In this document: piece by piece, positions 46,616 through 57,117 of the stretch
How the letters are laid out: each line of letters opens with the position of its first letter
Numbering within the stretch: position 1 is the first letter of the stretch
Origin: an uncultured Mycoplasmatota bacterium
GTDB lineage: Bacteria > Bacillota_I > Bacilli_A > RF39 > UBA660
NCBI GenBank assembly: GCA_947574255.1
Contig: CANPJT010000002.1
Location: 273 to 64,272, forward strand
Reading direction: 5' to 3'
Length of the DNA: 64,000 bases
The notes under the pieces: model-generated
Seen by the model: the letters and a program-made list of their open reading frames with translations, nothing else
Database searches by the model: none
What the model was told of the DNA's origin: nothing
Program-made: the position numbers and the translations under genes

Positions 46616-47503
46616 ATGAATGAAAATATAGAAACTAAAAAGATTAAGAATTCATGGATAAAAAAATTTATAAAATTTTTTTTATTGATTTTAGTTTTTT
46701 TAGGTTTATTTTTTTATCTATATATTAGATATTTTGAGCCAAAGATGGTTATAGTTAATGAAAAGTCTATCATTGATAGTAATCTTCCAGAATCATTTAA
46801 TGGTTTTAAAATAGTACATTTTTCAGATATTTTTTATGGAAGTTCAATTAATGATAAAGAACTAAAAAAAATTGTAAAAAAAATTAATGAATTAAAACCT
46901 GATGTAATTGTTTATACCGGTGATTTATTTAATAATACAATTAATATAAACGATGAAAATATAGAAAATATAAAAAATATTTTAAAAAATACTGAAGCTA
47001 AATTTAAAAAATATGCTATAATCGGAGATTCTGATTATATAAATAAAGATAAATATTTAGAAATTATGAATGGTGCTAATTTTACATTTTTAGATAATGA
47101 AGATGATTTTATTTATTATAAAGGAAATGATCCATTGCAATTTGTAGGCACTTCTTCTATACTTGGTGGAGAAAATAATATTGATAAATTTATATCTAAA
47201 AATTTGAATGATCCTGAATATTTTCAAATATGGTTAAATCATGAACCAATTATTATAGATAATTTACTTGATAATGAAATACACCCTAATATTTTACTTA
47301 CTGGTCATACATTAAATGGTCTTGTTAACTTTCCTTTTATGGGTTATTTATTAAAACAAGATGGAATTTCAAAGTATACAAATGATTTTTATCATAAAAA
47401 AAGAATTAATATGTTTGTTTCGAATGGTTTAGGAACTTATAAGTATAATATTCGTTTTATGAATATTCCTTCAATTAATTTCTATCGTCTTTATAATAAT
47501 TAA
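46616..47503 (+). CDS. Calcineurin-like metallophosphoesterase-family membrane protein with degenerate metal-binding motifs
   Basis: N-terminal TM with YkuE-like layout, but the motifs read FSDIFYG (DxH expected), TGDLFNN, IGDSDY (GNHD/E expected) and TGHTLNG (GHxH expected). Confidence 0.6.
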   Translation: MNENIETKKIKNSWIKKFIKFFLLILVFLGLFFYLYIRYFEPKMVIVNEKSIIDSNLPESFNGFKIVHFSDIFYGSSINDKELKKIVKKINELKPDVIVYTGDLFNNTININDENIENIKNILKNTEAKFKKYAIIGDSDYINKDKYLEIMNGANFTFLDNEDDFIYYKGNDPLQFVGTSSILGGENNIDKFISKNLNDPEYFQIWLNHEPIIIDNLLDNEIHPNILLTGHTLNGLVNFPFMGYLLKQDGISKYTNDFYHKKRINMFVSNGLGTYKYNIRFMNIPSINFYRLYNN

Positions 47504-47527
47504 AAAAGGATTGTAGTTACAATTCTT

Positions 47528-48037
47528 TTATTTTTTAGATATATTTCGGGCAGGTATTCCAATAACTGTTGAATTTTCTGCTACATTGTTTAATACTACG
47601 GCTCCTGCTCCTATTTTAGCATTTTTACCAATGGTTATATTACCAAGAATTTGGGCGTGGGCACCTACTGTTACATTATCACAAATAGTTGGATGTCTTT
47701 TTTCTTTTTTACTTGATGTTCCACCTAAAGTTACACCATGATAAAGAATAACATTATTTCCAATAATTGTTGTTTCTCCTATTACTACGCCACATCCATG
47801 ATCAATAAAGAGATTTTTTCCTATTGTTGCTCCAGGATGAATTTCAATTCCAGTTATTCTTTTCCCCTTTTCAGAAAAATATCTTGCTAAGAAAAATAGA
47901 TTTTTTTTATAAAGAAAATGTGCAATCTTATAATAGATTTGAACTTTAAAACTAGGATATAATAATACTTCTAAATTACTTTTAATAGCTGGATCTCTTT
48001 CTCTTATTAATTTTAATTGTTCTTTTATAAATTTCAT
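47528..48037 (-). CDS. cysE: Serine O-acetyltransferase
   Basis: Short-form CysE: [34 protein letters not shown] with hexapeptide repeats. Confidence 0.85.
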   Translation of the reverse strand: MKFIKEQLKLIRERDPAIKSNLEVLLYPSFKVQIYYKIAHFLYKKNLFFLARYFSEKGKRITGIEIHPGATIGKNLFIDHGCGVVIGETTIIGNNVILYHGVTLGGTSSKKEKRHPTICDNVTVGAHAQILGNITIGKNAKIGAGAVVLNNVAENSTVIGIPARNISKK

Positions 48038-48127
48038 ATTATCAATTCCTTAATGTATTTTATGAAATAAAAAAAATTAGTTAAGTATTTATAACTAATT
48101 TTTGATATAAACCATTAATAAATGTTT

Positions 48128-48577
48128 TTAAACACATTCTACAAATGTATCTGTTAAACATCTTATGGCACAAACGCAATCTAAACTAATTGTAAAAAAT
48201 GAGTTTGTTGCAATATATGGATTTAGACTTGTTGTGTCTGGATTATCAGTAAGTACTCGGCAAGTACAACAATTTCCATCTACTTTTTCTACTCTAAATA
48301 CATTTGAACATATTGTTGTACCAGCATCTGGACATGTTGCAGTTGAATCTTTACTAGTTGGCATGCTCCATGGAGTTCCATTTCCACAACATGTATATAG
48401 CATTATTGGTCTAGTATTACAAATAAGACAATTTGGTCCGCCACCAAGCATTGGTCTATCACAAGAATCTAAACAATTATCTGGGCAAGCATTTTGTTGA
48501 AGGACTAAAATAACGTTTAGAATTTCAGCAATACAGCTTGTTTGTTCGTCATTGTTATTATTATTACACATAAACAT
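48128..48577 (-). CDS. CotY/CotZ-family Cys-rich spore coat/exosporium protein
   Basis: CIAEILNVILVLQQNACPDNC, FRVEKVDGNCCTCRVL and SLDCVCAIRCL resemble the conserved blocks of Bacillus CotY/CotZ. Local GC is higher than in the surroundings. Confidence 0.7.
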   Translation of the reverse strand: MFMCNNNNNDEQTSCIAEILNVILVLQQNACPDNCLDSCDRPMLGGGPNCLICNTRPIMLYTCCGNGTPWSMPTSKDSTATCPDAGTTICSNVFRVEKVDGNCCTCRVLTDNPDTTSLNPYIATNSFFTISLDCVCAIRCLTDTFVECV

Positions 48578-48692
48578 TTTCCCCTTTCATGTATTCTCAT
48601 TATTAATTTATGATAATTTTTTAAAATAGTTCTTGAATTCAAAAATGTTTTAAAATTTTAGTTTTTGTTGTATAATTCTTATAGGTGATAAA

Positions 48693-49010
48693 ATGAGTAC
48701 AATTATTCAATATATAATTATTATAGCGATTTTAACTTTAATTTCTTTAATTGTCATTAAGTTGACTAAAAGAGATTTTAGTGTAGAAGCTAATAAATTA
48801 ATCAATTATTTAGGGGGAAAAGATAACATTGTTAGTGCTGAATGCAATATGTCACGATTTAAAGTAATGTTAAAAGATATTAATGTTGTTGATAAAAATG
48901 CTATTCAAAAACTTGGAGCGAAAGGTATTGTTGAAATAGATAATCAATTAAAAATAATTTTTGGTAAAGATGCTAGATCTTTAAAAAAATATATTGATGA
49001 TATAATTTAG
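48693..49010 (+). CDS. Membrane-anchored PTS EIIB-like domain protein
   Basis: N-terminal TM followed by LINYLGGKDNIVSAECNMSRFKVMLKD, which matches the glucose-family EIIB pattern (..GG..NI....HC.TRLR..). Confidence 0.55.
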   Translation: MSTIIQYIIIIAILTLISLIVIKLTKRDFSVEANKLINYLGGKDNIVSAECNMSRFKVMLKDINVVDKNAIQKLGAKGIVEIDNQLKIIFGKDARSLKKYIDDII

Positions 49011-49017
49011 TGTAGAC

Positions 49018-49320
49018 TTACACTTTTTTTATTTCTAAAATTTCAGTAAGGGGAATTAGTTTGCCATCTAATGTTAATAGATTATCTTTTTTTAAACCTA
49101 TTAAATCTACTTCTTCTTGTTTTTTTTGAGTTTTAATAAATACTCTTGTTTTATAAACGTGATTTTTTGAATTAAATATTTTATTTATTTCATTAATATC
49201 TATTGTTTCTTCTTTTTCTTTTCTAAAAGATTCTTCTTTGCTCATAAAAATATCTTTATTATTGTTTAATTTCTTATCCATGGGAACAACAAATACTTTT
49301 GGTAAGTTTTTATTCATCAT
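49018..49320 (-). CDS. Hypothetical protein
   Basis: 100-aa ORF with an RBS-like GAGGTG upstream. No motif recognised. Confidence 0.45.
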   Translation of the reverse strand: MMNKNLPKVFVVPMDKKLNNNKDIFMSKEESFRKEKEETIDINEINKIFNSKNHVYKTRVFIKTQKKQEEVDLIGLKKDNLLTLDGKLIPLTEILEIKKV

Positions 49321-49375
49321 AATACACCTCGTTACATTTTATGATTAAATTAGATTTTTGTTGCATACTAAAAAT

Positions 49376-50473
49376 ATGAAAAAGATTTTAAGAAAAAGTA
49401 ATTTAATTTTATTTATTCCGTTATTTATATTAATGATATTTAGTTTTTTTTGCATGTATCAAGCCCAGTTTGTAAAGTCAATATATGCTCTTCATTTAAA
49501 GAAACAAATTCTTTGGTACTTTATTGGTTTTATTTTAATTTTATTATTTCAAAAACTAAAAATTAGATTTTTCTTTGAACATAGTTTTTTTCTCTATTTA
49601 ATAGGAAATATATTATTAATATTAGTTTTATTTTTTGGTAAAGAAGTTAACGCTTCACGGGCTTGGTTTGATTTAAAATTTTTTAATTTTCAACCTAGTG
49701 AGTTTGTAAAAATAACCTTACTTCTTTATCTTGTTCATTTAAGCGATTTGTTTCATAATAAAATTTTTAGTGAATTTAAATTTATTTTAATAGCTATTAT
49801 TGCAACTTTAATTCCTTCTATTTTAGTATTTTTAGAACCAGATACTGGAGCAATAATTATTTATCTCCTTATTTTATTTTCTATTTTTCTTTTATCTGGT
49901 ATTAAAAAAATATGGTTTATTTTAGCGTTTGGTCTGGCTTTTGTTTTATTGGGTGGCTTCTTTTATCTATATTTTTGTAATCAAGACTTGTTAATTAAAT
50001 GGATTGGCACTAGTTTTTTTTATCGGGTTGATAGGTTACTTAATTTTAAAAAAGGAAGCGGTATGCAACTTAATAACGCTTTAGTAACCATTGGTAATGC
50101 TAGTTTTTTAGGTCATGGTATTCAAAATAATTTATTATATGTTCCTGAATTCCCTACAGATTTTGTTTTTACTTTAAATACTGCTATTTTTGGATTTTTA
50201 GGAGATATAATAGTACTATTTTGTTTCTTATTACTAAATTTATTTTTTATTAATAAAATATTCAAAGAAAAAAAATATCATTATAAATTATTTATCAATG
50301 GCTTCTTATTTATTTTCATCTATCAACAAATACAAAATATTTTAATGAATTTAGGTCTTTTTCCTATAATGGGTATTCCTCTTCCTTTTTTATCTTATGG
50401 AGGATCAAATATGATTATTTATTTTATATTTTTAGGCTTTATTTTAAATATGACTAAAAGAAAAAATATTTAA
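49376..50473 (+). CDS. FtsW/RodA/SpoVE-family peptidoglycan glycosyltransferase
   Basis: SEDS pattern: QPSEFVKI, EPDTGA, PEFPTDFVF and LPFLSYGGSN. ATG 49376 (MKKILRK) is preferred over the track's TTG 49358. Confidence 0.88.
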   Translation: MKKILRKSNLILFIPLFILMIFSFFCMYQAQFVKSIYALHLKKQILWYFIGFILILLFQKLKIRFFFEHSFFLYLIGNILLILVLFFGKEVNASRAWFDLKFFNFQPSEFVKITLLLYLVHLSDLFHNKIFSEFKFILIAIIATLIPSILVFLEPDTGAIIIYLLILFSIFLLSGIKKIWFILAFGLAFVLLGGFFYLYFCNQDLLIKWIGTSFFYRVDRLLNFKKGSGMQLNNALVTIGNASFLGHGIQNNLLYVPEFPTDFVFTLNTAIFGFLGDIIVLFCFLLLNLFFINKIFKEKKYHYKLFINGFLFIFIYQQIQNILMNLGLFPIMGIPLPFLSYGGSNMIIYFIFLGFILNMTKRKNI

Positions 50474-50571
50474 TCTAAACAATTTTTTGTATTTAGTATT
50501 TTCTTTTCCATAATAAAAAGAAAATATTAAAATAAAATTAGATTAATATTTTCTTTTTTTACTAAATTTTT

Positions 50572-50787
50572 TTATCTTCCATAAGGATAATAGTATCCAT
50601 AAGAAGAATAGCCATATGGTCCTGGTCCCATTGGAGGGTATGGACGTACTGGTGCAACATTATAAATTGGTCTAGGTCTAGTAAGTCCTACTGCTGCTCC
50701 ACCAAGTAAAGCTCCGCCTAAAAATGGGAATAAAAATTGGCGATCTCCATTTTGATAATAAGGTTTATTATAAGGATTTTGATACAT
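50572..50787 (-). CDS. Small Gly/Tyr/Pro-rich protein with a central hydrophobic segment
   Basis: 71 aa: MYQNPYNKPYYQ...FLFPFLGGALLGGAAVGL...PYPPMGPGPYGYSSYGYYYPYGR, preceded by the RBS GAGAGGAG. Function unknown. Confidence 0.5.
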   Translation of the reverse strand: MYQNPYNKPYYQNGDRQFLFPFLGGALLGGAAVGLTRPRPIYNVAPVRPYPPMGPGPYGYSSYGYYYPYGR

Positions 50788-50833
50788 ATTTTTTCTCCTC
50801 TCATAAGTATATTATGAAATAAAAGAAATATGT

Positions 50834-52066
50834 CTATTTATAAAGGCCTAGATAATATTTTTTCTTTCCTTTTCGAAGAATAATAATTTTATTGTCAATA
50901 GAATCTTTTTTAGTTATTATTTTATCTAAATCTGTTTCTTTTTTATTATTAAGATAAATAGCTCCACTACTAATCATTTCTCTAGCTTCTCTTTTACTAG
51001 AACAAATTTTATTATTAACTAATAATTCAATTAAACTAATATCTTCTAAAATTTCAAATTTAGAAATGTCTTTTAAGCAATTTAAAATGTCTTCAGCGTT
51101 CAATTTAGTAATATCTTCACTAAATAGAGATTCACTCATTTTACATGCTTTATCATATTCTTCTTTACCATGTAAAAAAGTTATTACTTCACAAGCAAGT
51201 GTTTTTTGAGCAAGACGATTTTCTGGATTTTCTTGATGAGCTAAAATAATTTTTTCAATTTCTTCTTTTGATAAAAAAGTGAACCTTTTTAGATAATCTT
51301 CCATCATTATATCCTCAAAATTAAGAATATATTGATATAATTCATAACTAGATGTCTTATTCTTGTCTAACCATAAAGCATTTCCATAAGATTTTCCTAA
51401 TTTTAATCCATTAGAATCAACAGTCAAAGGCATGGAAAATGCATATACTTCTTCATTATTTAATTTACGAATTAATTCAACTCCAGTAGTTAAATTACCC
51501 CATTGATCACTTCCCCCAAACTGTAAATTTACGCCATACTTGTCATGCAAACATTTAAAATCGTATCCTTGAATTAACATGTATGAAAACTCTGCATATG
51601 AAATCCCAATTTCCATTTGACGTTTTACTAAATCTTTATTTATCATATAGTTGACGTTAATATATTTCCCTACATCTCTTAAAAAATCAATATAGTTTAT
51701 ATTTTTAAACCAATCATAATTATTAACTATTTGAATTTCTTTACCAAATAATTCTTGCATTTGAGTTTTTATTTTTTCAAAATTACTTTCAATAATCGCT
51801 ATATCAGCTTTTTCACGTTCTCCTGTACCTCGTGGATCTCCAACTCGCCCTGTAGCACCTCCCACTAAAACAATTGGGTTGTGTCCAGCTCTTTTTAATC
51901 GTTCAATCATTAAAAATGTAGGAAATTGGCCAATATGTAAACTTTCAGCAGTAGGGTCTGCTCCAATATAAAAAGTTAATCCTCCTTTGTTTATTTTTTC
52001 CTCTAATTCTGGTGAAGTGATATCTTTTATTAAACCTCTCCATACTAAATCTTCATATACACTCAT
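50834..52066 (-). CDS. tyrS: Tyrosine--tRNA ligase
   Basis: TyrRS pattern: FYIGADPTAESLHIGQ (HIGH region), GGSDQWGN, KLGKS (KMSKS-like) and a C-terminal S4 domain. Confidence 0.92.
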   Translation of the reverse strand: MSVYEDLVWRGLIKDITSPELEEKINKGGLTFYIGADPTAESLHIGQFPTFLMIERLKRAGHNPIVLVGGATGRVGDPRGTGEREKADIAIIESNFEKIKTQMQELFGKEIQIVNNYDWFKNINYIDFLRDVGKYINVNYMINKDLVKRQMEIGISYAEFSYMLIQGYDFKCLHDKYGVNLQFGGSDQWGNLTTGVELIRKLNNEEVYAFSMPLTVDSNGLKLGKSYGNALWLDKNKTSSYELYQYILNFEDIMMEDYLKRFTFLSKEEIEKIILAHQENPENRLAQKTLACEVITFLHGKEEYDKACKMSESLFSEDITKLNAEDILNCLKDISKFEILEDISLIELLVNNKICSSKREAREMISSGAIYLNNKKETDLDKIITKKDSIDNKIIILRKGKKKYYLGLYK

Positions 52067-52608
52067 TTTCTTTCATCCTCTAATTTTATTTCAGTTAGTT
52101 TTTCTAATTCATAACCATAATCTTTATATATGCTAGCTACATCCTTACTAGTTATTTCACTTGCTGTAAATCCTAGTTTTTTGACAATATTCATAACTTC
52201 TTCAGAGTTATTTCCCTCAATTTCTATATAATCAGGAATCATTGGCCATGAATCAATATCGATTTCTACATTATCTAAATAATAACGACATCTTTTATTC
52301 TCTTGAAAAGCTTTTGGTAAGTATCCTAACTCTTTTAATATTAAATTAGTTTTTTCAAAGTCATTTACTTCGATTTCTAATTCTTCTGTTCCATCTATTT
52401 CATGAGATTTAACATTCTTAATTGTTAATGTATTTTCTATTCCATCAGTTCGCAGACGAATCCATTTATAAGGCAATATCGGTTTAAAATCATAAGTATA
52501 TCTTTTTTGAATTCTTTCCCATTTAAATTCTGCATTTAATTCTTTTAATTTTTTGATTATTTCATCTTTATTTACATTCAATACTCTTACTTCATATTCA
52601 ATATTCAT
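52063..52608 (-). CDS. CYTH-domain protein (class IV adenylyl cyclase / triphosphatase family)
   Basis: 181 aa. N-terminal NIEYEVRV (an ExExK-like motif) plus WIRLR, TLTIK, ELEIEV and IEIEG strands typical of the CYTH tunnel fold. It overlaps tyrS by 4 nt. Confidence 0.7.
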   Translation of the reverse strand: MNIEYEVRVLNVNKDEIIKKLKELNAEFKWERIQKRYTYDFKPILPYKWIRLRTDGIENTLTIKNVKSHEIDGTEELEIEVNDFEKTNLILKELGYLPKAFQENKRCRYYLDNVEIDIDSWPMIPDYIEIEGNNSEEVMNIVKKLGFTASEITSKDVASIYKDYGYELEKLTEIKLEDERK

Positions 52609-52624
52609 TTTTTATCCCTCCAAA

Positions 52625-52790
52625 TAAAAATGCGATTTTATCTTCCTAAGGACGAAAAATCGCGGTACCACCTTAATTTATGAGTAAACATACACTTTAT
52701 ACTATAACGCGTTACCGATTAAACTCCAAATACGTAATTTCATTATTATTATTTATTCGTTTCCACCGACCACGAATTCTCTAAAAAATA
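52625..52790 (-). promoter_or_regulatory. T-box riboswitch leader (Tyr specifier) controlling CYTH-tyrS
   Basis: Minus-strand RNA shows four elements. There is an AGAGA motif (52778-52782). There is a candidate specifier loop GAAAUUACGUA with UAC at 52734-52736. The conserved T-box GGUGGUACCGCG lies at 52661-52672. A terminator, GCGAUUUU-(16 nt)-AAAAUCGC (52632-52663), is followed by AUUUUUAUUU. Confidence 0.85.
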
Positions 52791-52880
52791 AATAATAACT
52801 ACTAAATATTTTTCTTCGTTTATTTATTTATATTTATATCATATTTTTTTTATTACTTCAAGAATAAAATAAAAAAAATA

Positions 52881-53345
52881 CTAAGCTTTTTTCTTGCTAG
52901 TATTAGTACTTTTAGAATTCTTTTTCTCTGCAGTTTTTGGTTTATCTTCAAGTTTGTCAACTGCACTATTTAGAATGTCTATTGTTTTATTCTTAATTTC
53001 TTTAGTAGCTTTTTCAATAACTGGTGCACTTTTTTCTTTAGCAATATCAATAAGTTCGTCTGCTTTATCAATTAAAAGATCAGCTTTTTCTTTAATTACT
53101 TCTTTTACAGTTTCTTTGTCAAGATTTTCTAAATCATTCTTTAATTCACTTAATTTTTTATTTAAAGCTTCTTTTATTTCTTTGGCATCTGTATTTTTTA
53201 TTTTTTCAATTACTTCATTTGATTTTTTCTTTAAATCTTTTCTTGTTTCACTACCTTTTTTAGGAGCAAGTAATAAAGCTATTCCAGCCCCTAAAGCAGC
53301 TCCAGTTAAATATTTACCCAAATTTTTTTTACTCATTTTTACCAT
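52881..53345 (-). CDS. YtxH-domain protein
   Basis: MVKMSKKNLGKYLTGAALGAGIALLLAPKKGSETRKDLKKK is the YtxH signature, followed by a coiled-coil. The track's upstream extension to 53414 is probably not translated. Confidence 0.75.
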   Translation of the reverse strand: MVKMSKKNLGKYLTGAALGAGIALLLAPKKGSETRKDLKKKSNEVIEKIKNTDAKEIKEALNKKLSELKNDLENLDKETVKEVIKEKADLLIDKADELIDIAKEKSAPVIEKATKEIKNKTIDILNSAVDKLEDKPKTAEKKNSKSTNTSKKKA

Positions 53346-53628
53346 CCTTTTCTTTCTTTTTTTTCTTTTTACTAAATAACATTTTGCTAATAAAGCCCAT
53401 GATGTTTTCAACAACTTTATCAGTTGCTAGATTTATTTTATCTGTAGCATAATCAATCACATGAAAGAATCCATTTAATGTTTGTATTTTCTCATTAATG
53501 TTATTAATTACTTCTTCTATTTTATTTAATGTTATTATAGTCTTTACACCTAATATTATGCCAATTATTAGAATAATTATTAATAATAAATAAATTACTA
53601 TTGGTAAAAAATCAAGCCAAAAATTCAT
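53329..53628 (-). CDS. DUF948-like small membrane protein
   Basis: 99 aa with an N-terminal TM followed by a coiled-coil. It sits upstream of YtxH, a common pairing in Firmicutes. Confidence 0.6.
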   Translation of the reverse strand: MNFWLDFLPIVIYLLLIIILIIGIILGVKTIITLNKIEEVINNINEKIQTLNGFFHVIDYATDKINLATDKVVENIMGFISKMLFSKKKKKKEKDGKNE

Positions 53629-53630
53629 TT

Positions 53631-54539
53631 TTATTCTTCCTCTCTACTATCATACATTGAATCAATTAAATCAAATAAATCACTTTCTAGGGTATCTTCT
53701 AGATTATCTTTAGAATTTTTATTCTTTTCTAACAATTCTTCTTCTAATTCAAAATCTTCTACTTTTTCTAATTCATTTTCTAACTCATTTGAAAAATCAG
53801 CAGAATTATAATCTGTTAAAGTATCTTCAAAAGAATCCTTATTTTCAATAATTTCATCATAATTAATATCAATAGTATCATCAATAGAGTCATTTAATAG
53901 TTCGTCTATACTTTTAGAATTTTCATTATAGAAAGTTTCTACTGGTTTGTTTAAAGTCTTTTCAATATCTTCTTCTAATGAACCTGGAGTAAGAGCTCCA
54001 AAAGCTTTTTTACGAGCTATATCAACATCAACCATTTTTTTAGCTATTGAAGTTTTTTCTGCTGAAATAATATCTTCCTTAGTATAATTTTTATCTAATA
54101 CTCCATATACTGGTGAGATTACAGGAGATGGCTTGAACATTTTTTTAGTTGGTTGATCTTTTATAGATTTCTTATCTCTTTCTCTTTTTCTTTTTGAAGT
54201 TGGTTTATCTTGTGTTATTTTAATCGTCTTTTCTGAATAAATATTCTCTGCCTTTGGTTTTTCTGGCTCTACTTTTCTAGAAATACGTGTTTCTTTAGGA
54301 GGTTCAAATGGAGGTTCGTAATTAGATACAAACTCATCTTCATCAAAATCAGGAAAATTAAAGGTATTTTCAGCTTTAAACAAACTCTTTTCAGTTTCCA
54401 AAGGTAAATCTACTTTTTTAGGTTCTTCTTTTTTTTCAATTGGTTCTTCATCTTTGATAACTACTTTTTCAGTTGAAGAATCTAATTCTATTTCTTCTTC
54501 TTCAAATAAGGCATTCTTTAATTTATTAAATAATCCCAT
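53631..54539 (-). CDS. Acidic low-complexity protein, unknown function
   Basis: 302 aa, rich in Glu, Asp and Lys. The N-terminal MGLFNKLKNALF looks like an amphipathic helix. Confidence 0.5.
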   Translation of the reverse strand: MGLFNKLKNALFEEEEIELDSSTEKVVIKDEEPIEKKEEPKKVDLPLETEKSLFKAENTFNFPDFDEDEFVSNYEPPFEPPKETRISRKVEPEKPKAENIYSEKTIKITQDKPTSKRKRERDKKSIKDQPTKKMFKPSPVISPVYGVLDKNYTKEDIISAEKTSIAKKMVDVDIARKKAFGALTPGSLEEDIEKTLNKPVETFYNENSKSIDELLNDSIDDTIDINYDEIIENKDSFEDTLTDYNSADFSNELENELEKVEDFELEEELLEKNKNSKDNLEDTLESDLFDLIDSMYDSREEE

Positions 54540-54553
54540 TTCTACACCATCCT

Positions 54554-55201
54554 CTAATTAATTAAGTCTGTATCTGGTACATCTTCATTATTTTCTGAAT
54601 TGCCAGAGTTTTCATCGTATTCGATTATATTACTATCATTTTTTACGGTTTCAAAAATATTAAACTCTACTTCACTATAATTTAATATATCTTCACCAAT
54701 CATATTTTCTAGTATTTTGTCATTATAAGAAATGGTACTAAGTATTGCAAGAGCTTTACTAACCATGTCTTTTAAATCACACTCATCTACTATTACTTCT
54801 ATTTTAGCATAATTATACATGATTTCAACTAAATATTCATTATCTTCTTGTAAGTTTATTTCTAAATAGCCAAATTTCTCATTTTTTTCAATACTTTTTG
54901 AGAAAAGAGATTGGTTATTTTCTTTATAAGTTTCTTTTCTTTTATTATAATAGCTTATAATATCTACATACATATAAAGACGATATTTATCATTTTTAAA
55001 GATAACATTATTTTTAGTATTTTCAATTAATTTTAAACCTCTTGGTAAATAATAACTATATCCATTTGTACTTTTGCTCTTTAACTTTATATTTTCGTTA
55101 TTTAATGCATAATTAATTATTTCTTCATAACTACTATTATTAATATTTACGCATCCAGTTAAGAAAAACGTAATTGTTATAAGTAATATAACCTTTTTCA
55201 T
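54554..55201 (-). CDS. Lipoprotein, unknown function
   Basis: Signal peptide with lipobox (ITFFLTGCV). Confidence 0.65.
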   Translation of the reverse strand: MKKVILLITITFFLTGCVNINNSSYEEIINYALNNENIKLKSKSTNGYSYYLPRGLKLIENTKNNVIFKNDKYRLYMYVDIISYYNKRKETYKENNQSLFSKSIEKNEKFGYLEINLQEDNEYLVEIMYNYAKIEVIVDECDLKDMVSKALAILSTISYNDKILENMIGEDILNYSEVEFNIFETVKNDSNIIEYDENSGNSENNEDVPDTDLIN

Positions 55202-55257
55202 ATTCTTACTCCTTATGCTCTAAATTATTATAGCAGAAAATGTTTATTTTTTAAATA

Positions 55258-57090
55258 TTATTTTTGCATAAAAATTTTGTCCATTTTTTCTTTAATTTGT
55301 TCTTTTTTAAATGGTTTAGCTAAATAATCAGTAAATCCTATTTTTAAATATTTTTCTTGAGCTCCATCAATTGCATCAGCAGTAAGAGCGATTACTGGAA
55401 TAGAAAAGTTAGGTTTTTCAGTTAATTTTTTCATTGCTTCTTCTCCACCCATAATGGGCATCATTATATCCATTAATATTAAATCAAATTCATTTCCAGT
55501 TTTAACTTGTTCAAGAGCCTCTACACCATTTTCACAGGTGGTAATATCAAATTCAAAACCATCTAATGCACGTTTAGCTACTTTAATATTTAACTTATTA
55601 TCGTCAACTAACAGGATTTTTCTTTTACCATAGTTAATAGCGGCTACTTCTTTTTCAGTTTTTAAATTATTTGTTTCTTTTGGAACATGCATTCTACTAA
55701 TAGTTTGGGGGATTTGAACCATAAATAACGAGCCTTTACCAAATTCACTTTGAATATTTATTGTACCATTCATCATTTCAACTAAGCTTTTAGTTATAGC
55801 AAGACCTAGTCCAGTCCCTTCCATTGTAGTATTTCTTTCTACATCTAACCGATCAAATTTCTCAAATAATCGACTTATTTTTTCGGCTTTTATTCCAATT
55901 CCTGTATCTTGAACGCTAATGAATAAAAGACAGATTTTATTTTTATTAATACATTTTATATTTAAAGTTATATTACCTTTTTCAGTATATTTGATAGCAT
56001 TAGTTAATAAATTATTAATAATTTCTTTAACGTGAATTTTGTCCCCTATTAGTTCATCTGGAATATCTTCAGCAATATCTAATTTAAAGTCAATTGGTTT
56101 ACTGCCTATTCTGGTTGTAGTTACTTTAACTAATTTAGTTACTTCTTCTCTAAAATCATAAGGCATGGTTATGATTTCCATTTTATCACTTTCTATTTTA
56201 TTAATATCTAAAATATTTCCAACAATTTCTAAAAGTGTTTGAGAAGCATTTCCAATGTCTTCAACATCTTCAAGTACTTGTGGTGGTACTTCGTGTTTAA
56301 ATGTCGCGATGTCTTCTGATAAACCTACAATTGCATTTAAAGGAGTTCTAATTTCATGAGACATACTTGATAAAAAATCTGATTTTGCCCGGTTGGCTTT
56401 TTCAGCAGCGTCCTTAGCATAAGTTAATTCGTTTACCAGATTTAAATCTGGATTTTCAATGGTATGATACATAATAAAAATAATCATAAATTCCATTACG
56501 GTTGTTAATGTTAATTCTGGATTTGCTCTTTGAATACTAGATATAATAACCATAAATAAAACAAATAGAATTAATGGAATGATTTTTTTTCGATTAATAC
56601 TCTTAATATTTTTAATAAATGGAAATATCCATTCTAGTAGTACTAAGGATGAAGCTATATAAACAAAATTTACAGATAAACCTGTAGCAAAGCCTTTTTT
56701 AGTTGTTATTGGTAAAATAGCACATATTAAAACACATATTATCCAAATAAAGTAAGATAATAATTCTAATTTTTTATAATAATCAATTTTTGGTTTATCA
56801 TTTGAAACATAACAAATGACATATATGTATAAAGTCATAAATAGTAAAAATGACATCAAACATATTAAGTATAGTTTAGTAGCGAGTTGTGATATCAAAG
56901 AATTTTCTGGTAAAATAAAACCAAAATAAAGACATAATAGTTCACTAATTAAACTAATTAAATTTATTATTATTAAAACTGAAAATATTTTTGTTTCAGC
57001 ACTTTTTACATGTTTTTTAGAAAAATAAATGATGTTTAATACTAAGGAAAATATTAAACCACAAATTATAAAATATGAAAAATTCCCCAT
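55258..57090 (-). CDS. Hybrid sensor histidine kinase / response regulator
   Basis: About 6-7 N-terminal TM helices, a HisKA H-box (SHEIRTPLN), an HATPase_c domain ([14 protein letters not shown]) and a C-terminal receiver ([10 protein letters not shown]...LILMDIMMP...ALTA). Confidence 0.88.
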   Translation of the reverse strand: MGNFSYFIICGLIFSLVLNIIYFSKKHVKSAETKIFSVLIIINLISLISELLCLYFGFILPENSLISQLATKLYLICLMSFLLFMTLYIYVICYVSNDKPKIDYYKKLELLSYFIWIICVLICAILPITTKKGFATGLSVNFVYIASSLVLLEWIFPFIKNIKSINRKKIIPLILFVLFMVIISSIQRANPELTLTTVMEFMIIFIMYHTIENPDLNLVNELTYAKDAAEKANRAKSDFLSSMSHEIRTPLNAIVGLSEDIATFKHEVPPQVLEDVEDIGNASQTLLEIVGNILDINKIESDKMEIITMPYDFREEVTKLVKVTTTRIGSKPIDFKLDIAEDIPDELIGDKIHVKEIINNLLTNAIKYTEKGNITLNIKCINKNKICLLFISVQDTGIGIKAEKISRLFEKFDRLDVERNTTMEGTGLGLAITKSLVEMMNGTINIQSEFGKGSLFMVQIPQTISRMHVPKETNNLKTEKEVAAINYGKRKILLVDDNKLNIKVAKRALDGFEFDITTCENGVEALEQVKTGNEFDLILMDIMMPIMGGEEAMKKLTEKPNFSIPVIALTADAIDGAQEKYLKIGFTDYLAKPFKKEQIKEKMDKIFMQK

Positions 57091-57117
57091 TTTTATTCTC
57101 CTTTTTCTTTTATTCTT

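Noticed and set aside
48165-48500. Plus-strand 111-aa ORF antisense to the Cys-rich ORF 48128-48577
   Set aside because: The minus-strand product matches the conserved CotY/CotZ blocks and has a proper RBS. The plus-strand ORF exists only because this segment is locally GC-richer and stop-poor.
52894-53379. Plus-strand 161-aa ORF, plus 57566-57769 and 60819-61079
   Set aside because: They are antisense to the YtxH, AMP-binding and flippase genes respectively. Their translations are Ser/Phe/Leu low complexity.
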